From the NCBI RefSeq assembly GCF_009914755.1, contig NC_060926.1: 64,000 bases of DNA; one strand, written 5' to 3'. The DNA is from the human T2T-CHM13v2.0 reference genome, Homo sapiens. This document shows positions 59,470 through 64,000 of the stretch, one piece after another. Within the stretch, counting starts at the first letter, position 1. The number at the start of each line of letters is the position of its first letter. The position numbers and the translations under genes were made by a program. The notes below the pieces were generated by a model. The model was not told the DNA's origin, ran no database searches, and saw only the letters and a list, made by a program, of their open reading frames with translations.

Positions 59470-59750
59470 ATTATTTTTATCAATATTTATTGGGCATCTA
59501 CCAGGTGCCAAATGCTGTTGTAGATGTTTGGGATTCAGCACTAATGATACACAAAGTTCCTGTCTCTGTGGAACTCACACTCAGGTGGGAGAGCGATAAA
59601 GCCAGGAAGTAACAAAGCCATAAAGAGCGGGATCAAAAGATAGTGACAGCAGCGAGTGCTTTTTAGATCAGCTAGTCCATAAGGATCTCTCAGAGGAGGT
59701 GACATTTGAGCAAAGACCTGGATGAAGCAGGTGATGGGTCTATCTAGGAA
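59470..59750 (-). mobile_element. L2 fragment
   Basis: CAATATTTATTGGGCATCTACCAGGTGCCAAATGCTG...GAGGTGACATTTGAGCAAAGACCTG. Confidence 0.75.
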
Positions 59751-59889
59751 TGAGACTCTGCACTGCATCTATTCACATGTCTATCTTTTTTAATGCAGGA
59801 GTCTGATTGACTTGTAGGCAGAAATGGTGTCTTAATTCATCTTTGTATTTTGGATCATTGTAGGGACTGAAAAAAGTTTGTAAAAATAA

Positions 59890-60940
59890 ATGAATGGCAC
59901 AAGCAACAAATGAAAATATAAATAAATTGAACTTCATCAAAATTTGAAACTTTTGTGTTTCAAAGGACATTATCAGAAAGTGAAAAGGAAACATACAAAA
60001 TGAACAAAAAAATAGTTGCAAGTCATTTATCTGATAAGGTACCTAAAACATATTTATATATCTAAGATACCCAAAGAATTCCTACAACTTAGCAATAAGA
60101 CAAATAAGCCAAATAAAAATGGAAAAAAGACATGAATAGGCATTGCTCCAAAAAAGATACACAAACGGCCAATGGGCACATGAAAAGATGCTCAAGATCA
60201 ATAGTTCTTAGAGAAATGCAAATATAAACCATAATGAAATAGCATTTCACATTTGCTAGAATGGCTACAATAAAAAAGACAGACAAAAACAGGTGCTGGC
60301 AAGGATGTAAAGAAATTAGAGCACATTGCTGAGTGGGAACGTAAAATCGTGCAGCCATTGTGGAAAATAGTTTAATATTTCCTCAAAAAATTAAATATGG
60401 AATTGCTATGTGATCAAACAACTCCACTCCTAAGAAAACTGAAAACATAACCATCCAAAACTTGTATGTGAATATTCATAGCAACATTATTCACGATAGC
60501 TGAAAAGTGAAAACAACTCAACTATTAATTGATAAATAAATAGAAAATCTGGTATATCCATACAATTAAATGTTATTCAGCCACAAAAATAAGTGAAGTG
60601 CTGATGCATGTTACAACATGGATGAGCCTTGAAAACATTATGGTATGTGAAAGAAGCCAGATGCAAAAGGTCACATATTGTTTAATTCCACTTATAAGAA
60701 ATGTGCAGAATAGGCAAATCCATAGAGACAGAAAGTAGACAAATAGTTACCAGGAATCTGGAGGTGGAGGGATGGGGAATGAATGTCAATGGGTATGGGC
60801 TTCTTATTGGAATGATGAAAATATTCTGGATTAGATACCTGTGATGGTTAGACTTTGTGAAGAACTCAAAATCACAGAATTTTATACCATAAAAGTGTAG
60901 ATTTTTTCATATGTGAATTATATCTTAATTTAAAAAAAGA
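59890..60940 (+). mobile_element. L1MB 3' fragment
   Basis: AACTTCATCAAAATTTGAAACTTTTGTG...GAAATGCAAATATAAACC...ATGTGAATTATATCTTAATTTAAAAAAA. Confidence 0.85.
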
Positions 60941-63900
60941 ATGAGTACATAAATAAGAAAACTTAGAAAACTAAGACTTTGTGAAAATACAACAAATATG
61001 AATTCCCAGAATGCTATATCCACCGTGAAATGGCAAAATACTACTATTTAGTTCCCACAGTTTTTCCTGCACTTAGTCAAAAGGTAGCCAGCTGCACCAT
61101 CACTGATGACAGTATCCAGCCCATCAATAATAGAAGCAGTGAGCCCACACCAAGGCTCTGGCCACCAAGTCAGCATCCAGGGCTGAGAATTCCTGAGAAC
61201 ATCTGGATGATGCTATAGCTGGTTCAGACAGCACCCACACATCACTCCATTGCAGCTCTTTATAGCCCGAAAATTCTATAGAGAAAAAATTCACTCAGAA
61301 CAAAAGATGTATGTGTGAGTTCATTCTATAACAAGCCAGTCACAGACAAGTAAAGCAAAGGAGTACATACTCATAAAAGAGAGAGAGAGGAGGAGGACTT
61401 TGAACAAAAAACAGTAAGCTCTTTAGATCCCGTTGTTTATGTCAGAAATCAATAGAGATGTTTTCCTTCACTTTGGAAAGTGAAAATTGGAATTTGTTGA
61501 AATTGGGTCTTGAGGCACTTAGATATTTTTTTCTTCATACTGGAACAATGGCATACATTCTGTCTACCAGAAGCTCTGAACACTAGGGCAAAAATGGTAG
61601 CAATAGTAGTGATTCTATACTTGGCCCTCTGTTCTCAGGATTGTGTAGAATAGGCTCAGAGGTATTAATGGACAATACCTGAAAAATGCCCTTAAGACAT
61701 TTCTGGAAATATGTAAAATATTTTCCGTTGGTGAATGCTTGTTTCTGGAAATATCATCAGACTGTGATATTGACTAGATGGTATGAGAGAGAACATCATT
61801 GTAAATTTCTCTGAATGAAAATTTCATCTCAAAACAGGAAATGATTATGGTAAGTGAATGATCCTGAGATAAATCAGTTTTATGCAATGAACCAAAATTA
61901 GAGTGGTGGTGCATGTTAGCTAGCTTTATACACTTTGTTTTAATTAAGGTCTGATTACCATGGCTGCTACTCATTTACCTAATAACAGTGATTTGGTGTA
62001 TCAAAATTAGAGAACCCCAGGGCTGGAACTCCGGGATCTGGGTGTGAGAGGGAGCATGTCACAGTAACCTCCTGTGCACAGACTGTAATTGCTGTAGGAT
62101 TTTTCCTAAAGCCCCATGAAATTCATGGCAAAGAGAGCATTGTGTTGAGCTATGGAATAAGAAGCAGCTGTCTAGTAATGCCTCCAAATAAGCTTCTGCA
62201 TTCTCCTGCTGTGACTAAGGAAATTCTTCACCAAAATCTCCCCTAGCTTGTTATATCTCTAAAAGATTCCCTCTTTCCCCTGGAGCAAGCGCTGTTATAT
62301 AATTGAAATGAGAACATTCAGAATTACCTTTCTTTCTGTGCAGTGAAAGTTTATTTCTATGTTCTTTCATTTGAATGGACATAAGATTTGTAATAGGTTT
62401 TTCTGGGTTGATGGGCCCTTTAGGCTGATCTACAAGGCAGCTCTAGATTGGGCCAGTGTTACAAGTGCAAAGAGAGTAACTTGTCGATTATAGCATGTGA
62501 AAAGTTCTGTCTAATGAAACTATTTACACTGGACAAACCCTAACATTTCTACATTTTTCTTTCCTTAAATGACATTCCAGCCATTCTTTACCCTTCACCC
62601 TTGGCCATCCTGAGCTCTGGTGCCTAAATCCCAAACTGTGCATAGATGTGTTCTCCGTGTCAGGCAAGTTTTGATAAATTCAAACAAAAAGTTTCAAGAA
62701 GAATCTCCTGGTTTTAGAGCATATGTTGTATCATGATAATACTTGCAACAGGAAATGTATTGTGCCTGTCCCATCATTAGCTCCAAGGCAATACCTTCCC
62801 CCTGAGTTGCCATTATGAGCTGTATCTGACCCTGACTTCTTGGCTAAAGCTGATTGGGCCAGGGGCCAGCAACCAACCCAAAATCATCCATCAATAATGG
62901 GGGCCTGGTGAAGAAGACAATCTCAAATTTTTTAAATCTGGAAGAGCTGTTATTTTGGGCATCTTTCTACAACCTCTGCGTTGGGGGTGGAAATTAGAAT
63001 GGCTGGATTCTGAATGATGAGATACCATTGTTCAATTTCTCAATTAAGACATGGCACCATGGCTATTTGTTTTCCTACATTTTCTAAACATTTTCTGCAT
63101 ATTTACAATAAACCACAGTATCAGGGTGGGGGGACCTTTTTTTGGCGATCTGAAGAAACCTATCTTGGTTCCTTGTAACCTCATGAAGCCTAACAAGACA
63201 AAGAGTGTAGATAAATGCCATGCAGGCAGGGATCACATCTTTTTGTTTACCACTGTATAGACATGGCTTAGACTAGAGTAAGGAGCTCAATCAATACACA
63301 TTAAATGAATAAAAACTTGGTAGGAGCTTCTAAAATTTTTTCATGTGACTCCTTTAATGTTTCAGAAAAGAGAAAATTTATCCTCTGGATAAAATGAAGA
63401 CCTGAAGACACGGCACAGCTGAGAGTGGATGAGGGACACCTTTCAGATACCTGGGGCACTGCAAGAAAATCTACATACTAATAAGCCAGACAGTCTGCCC
63501 CTTTCACCTGCTCAGTTGCTAGACTTTAGGATCATACCTCCTGTCAGGATAATGGATTTCTTCTTTGCAGGAATCATCCTAAAGAGAAAGTTCCTACAGA
63601 TGCTGATATTGGTGAAATACCAATGATACACTCTTTTTCTCCAATATATCAACTGACAATGAAGCTCAGCAATTGGAAAGTTTCACCACACACATCAAAT
63701 TTCAAAAGATAAGTGACTCACTCTAAAATATGAGATAACTAAGGACCACCAGACATTAGAGGAAAGCCACCAACATGAAAAGACGAAGTGCAAAACAAAC
63801 AAATCAGAATCAGAAACAATGAAAATGGAAGAATACATGACATATAGGAAACAAAATAAAAATTAGGTAATAATAGAAATATTATCATCTGATAAGAGAG

Positions 63901-64000
63901 ATACTGAATCATGAAACAAGGACAGGTGCTATAGAAAAGAAAGAAGAATTTTTTTAAAGACAACGGAAAAGTTTGTAAAACTGAGGAAATCTAAAAGACA

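Overview
Primate (very probably human) non-coding genomic DNA, dominated by transposable-element fossils. No host protein-coding gene, rRNA, tRNA or CRISPR array is supported. The ORF track is explained by L1 ORF1/ORF2 remnants, Alu/LTR read-through and chance frames. Main elements: a near-full-length minus-strand L1PA (about L1PA6) at 26880-32530 inside a MER50 LTR; two LTR-internal-LTR MaLR elements (THE1-type 37520-40523, MSTA-type 57026-59449); solo LTRs (THE1, MLT1, MER41, LTR47-like, LTR2, LTR8, MER21 and others); about 14 Alus; Tigger2a; and old L1M/L2/MIR fragments. I found no convincing new biological system. The most notable signals are: (1) the L1 looks like a spliced retrotransposed copy (SpIRE) with a precise 5'UTR intron removal; (2) a tailless BC200 retrocopy sits inside it; (3) a polyadenylated ERV LTR fragment was inserted by L1 machinery; (4) a MER41 LTR retains three GAS motifs; (5) an isolated 42-nt copy of a nearby Tigger segment and several templated-repair scars; (6) a motif-dense unique block at about 4.2-4.7 kb and candidate lncRNA exon signals at about 51.6-53.4 kb. 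Repeat family names come from recalled consensus sequences, not from a database search, so subfamily calls are provisional.
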